Of a stretch of DNA of 64,000 nucleotides, positions 63,680 through 64,000 are shown one piece after another. The DNA lies in the IMG/VR virus record IMGVR_UViG_3300042898_002514, one strand, 5' to 3'. A model generated the notes under the pieces. That model had not been told where the DNA came from. It worked only from the letters and a program-made list of their open reading frames with translations, and did no database searches. This DNA comes from a virus. Every line of letters begins with the position of its first letter. The first letter of the stretch is position 1. Made by a program: the position numbers and the translations under genes.

Positions 63680-63946
63680 AGTTTTGTTGTGTAGCAATAC
63701 ACAACCGGCAAAGTGAAAGGTAGATGAGAGAAGACACTACTGTTTGGCTTCATGCCAAATGGAACTTAACTCCAAATACTCTGAAAAAGTATCCGTGTCA
63801 TTGTGTTCCGGCCCCAAAAGATATTTGTTTATTGATTACCGGAAATATAGTGACCCCTGTGGATTGTATATTGAGCATTGTTATTTGCACATTGTCCAGT
63901 CTTTTACTTGACCTTTCACTGAACCGTTTTTTAACCTGAGGAAAAT

Positions 63947-64000
63947 ATGACATCAAGATTAACATCAGAATTAGCAGTAGAACAGATAGGCAATAGGTTT
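63947..64000 (+). CDS. rpoZ: RNA polymerase omega subunit-like protein (partial)
   Basis: GAGGA SD; MTSRLTSELAVEQIGNRF resembles the omega N-terminus (ARxTxExxxxxIxNRF); only 18 codons visible. Confidence 0.65.
   Translation, partial: MTSRLTSELAVEQIGNRF

Noticed and set aside
1-64000. Stop-codon reassignment or suppressor tRNAs
   Set aside because: Conserved genes are full length under code 11, all three stops end genes, and no CTA, TCA or TTA anticodon was found

Overview
64 kb from a large lytic dsDNA phage (jumbo/T4-like Caudoviricetes). Gene-dense, standard genetic code, with host-type TTGACA-N17-TATAAT promoters and a recurrent TAAATA late-promoter motif. The tmRNA tag (ANDSKFALAA) suggests a betaproteobacterial host (inference). 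Contents: virion and head-associated genes, nrdAB/glutaredoxin, proteostasis genes (two ClpP, ClpS, DnaK, Hsp20, bS21, two-piece tmRNA), tetrapyrrole genes (HemA, heme oxygenase, PcyA/PcyX-type reductase), a lipid-remodelling cluster, ahpC-psiE-ahpD, an R-M-like cassette, a curli (CsgF/CsgG/curlin)-FecR-CHASE2 cyclase locus, a Mn riboswitch-TerC unit, and a 24-tRNA array covering all 20 amino acids, interleaved with unassigned structured RNAs. Best candidate for an undescribed system: the tRNA array is headed by a ribosome-coupled attenuator. Tandem sigma70 promoters drive a 47-codon leader (57433-57576) using all 20 amino acids and 34 different codons, whose 3' end overlaps an antiterminator that is mutually exclusive with an intrinsic terminator. 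This would switch on the phage tRNA set when host tRNAs fail. All folds and family assignments were made by eye, without database searches.
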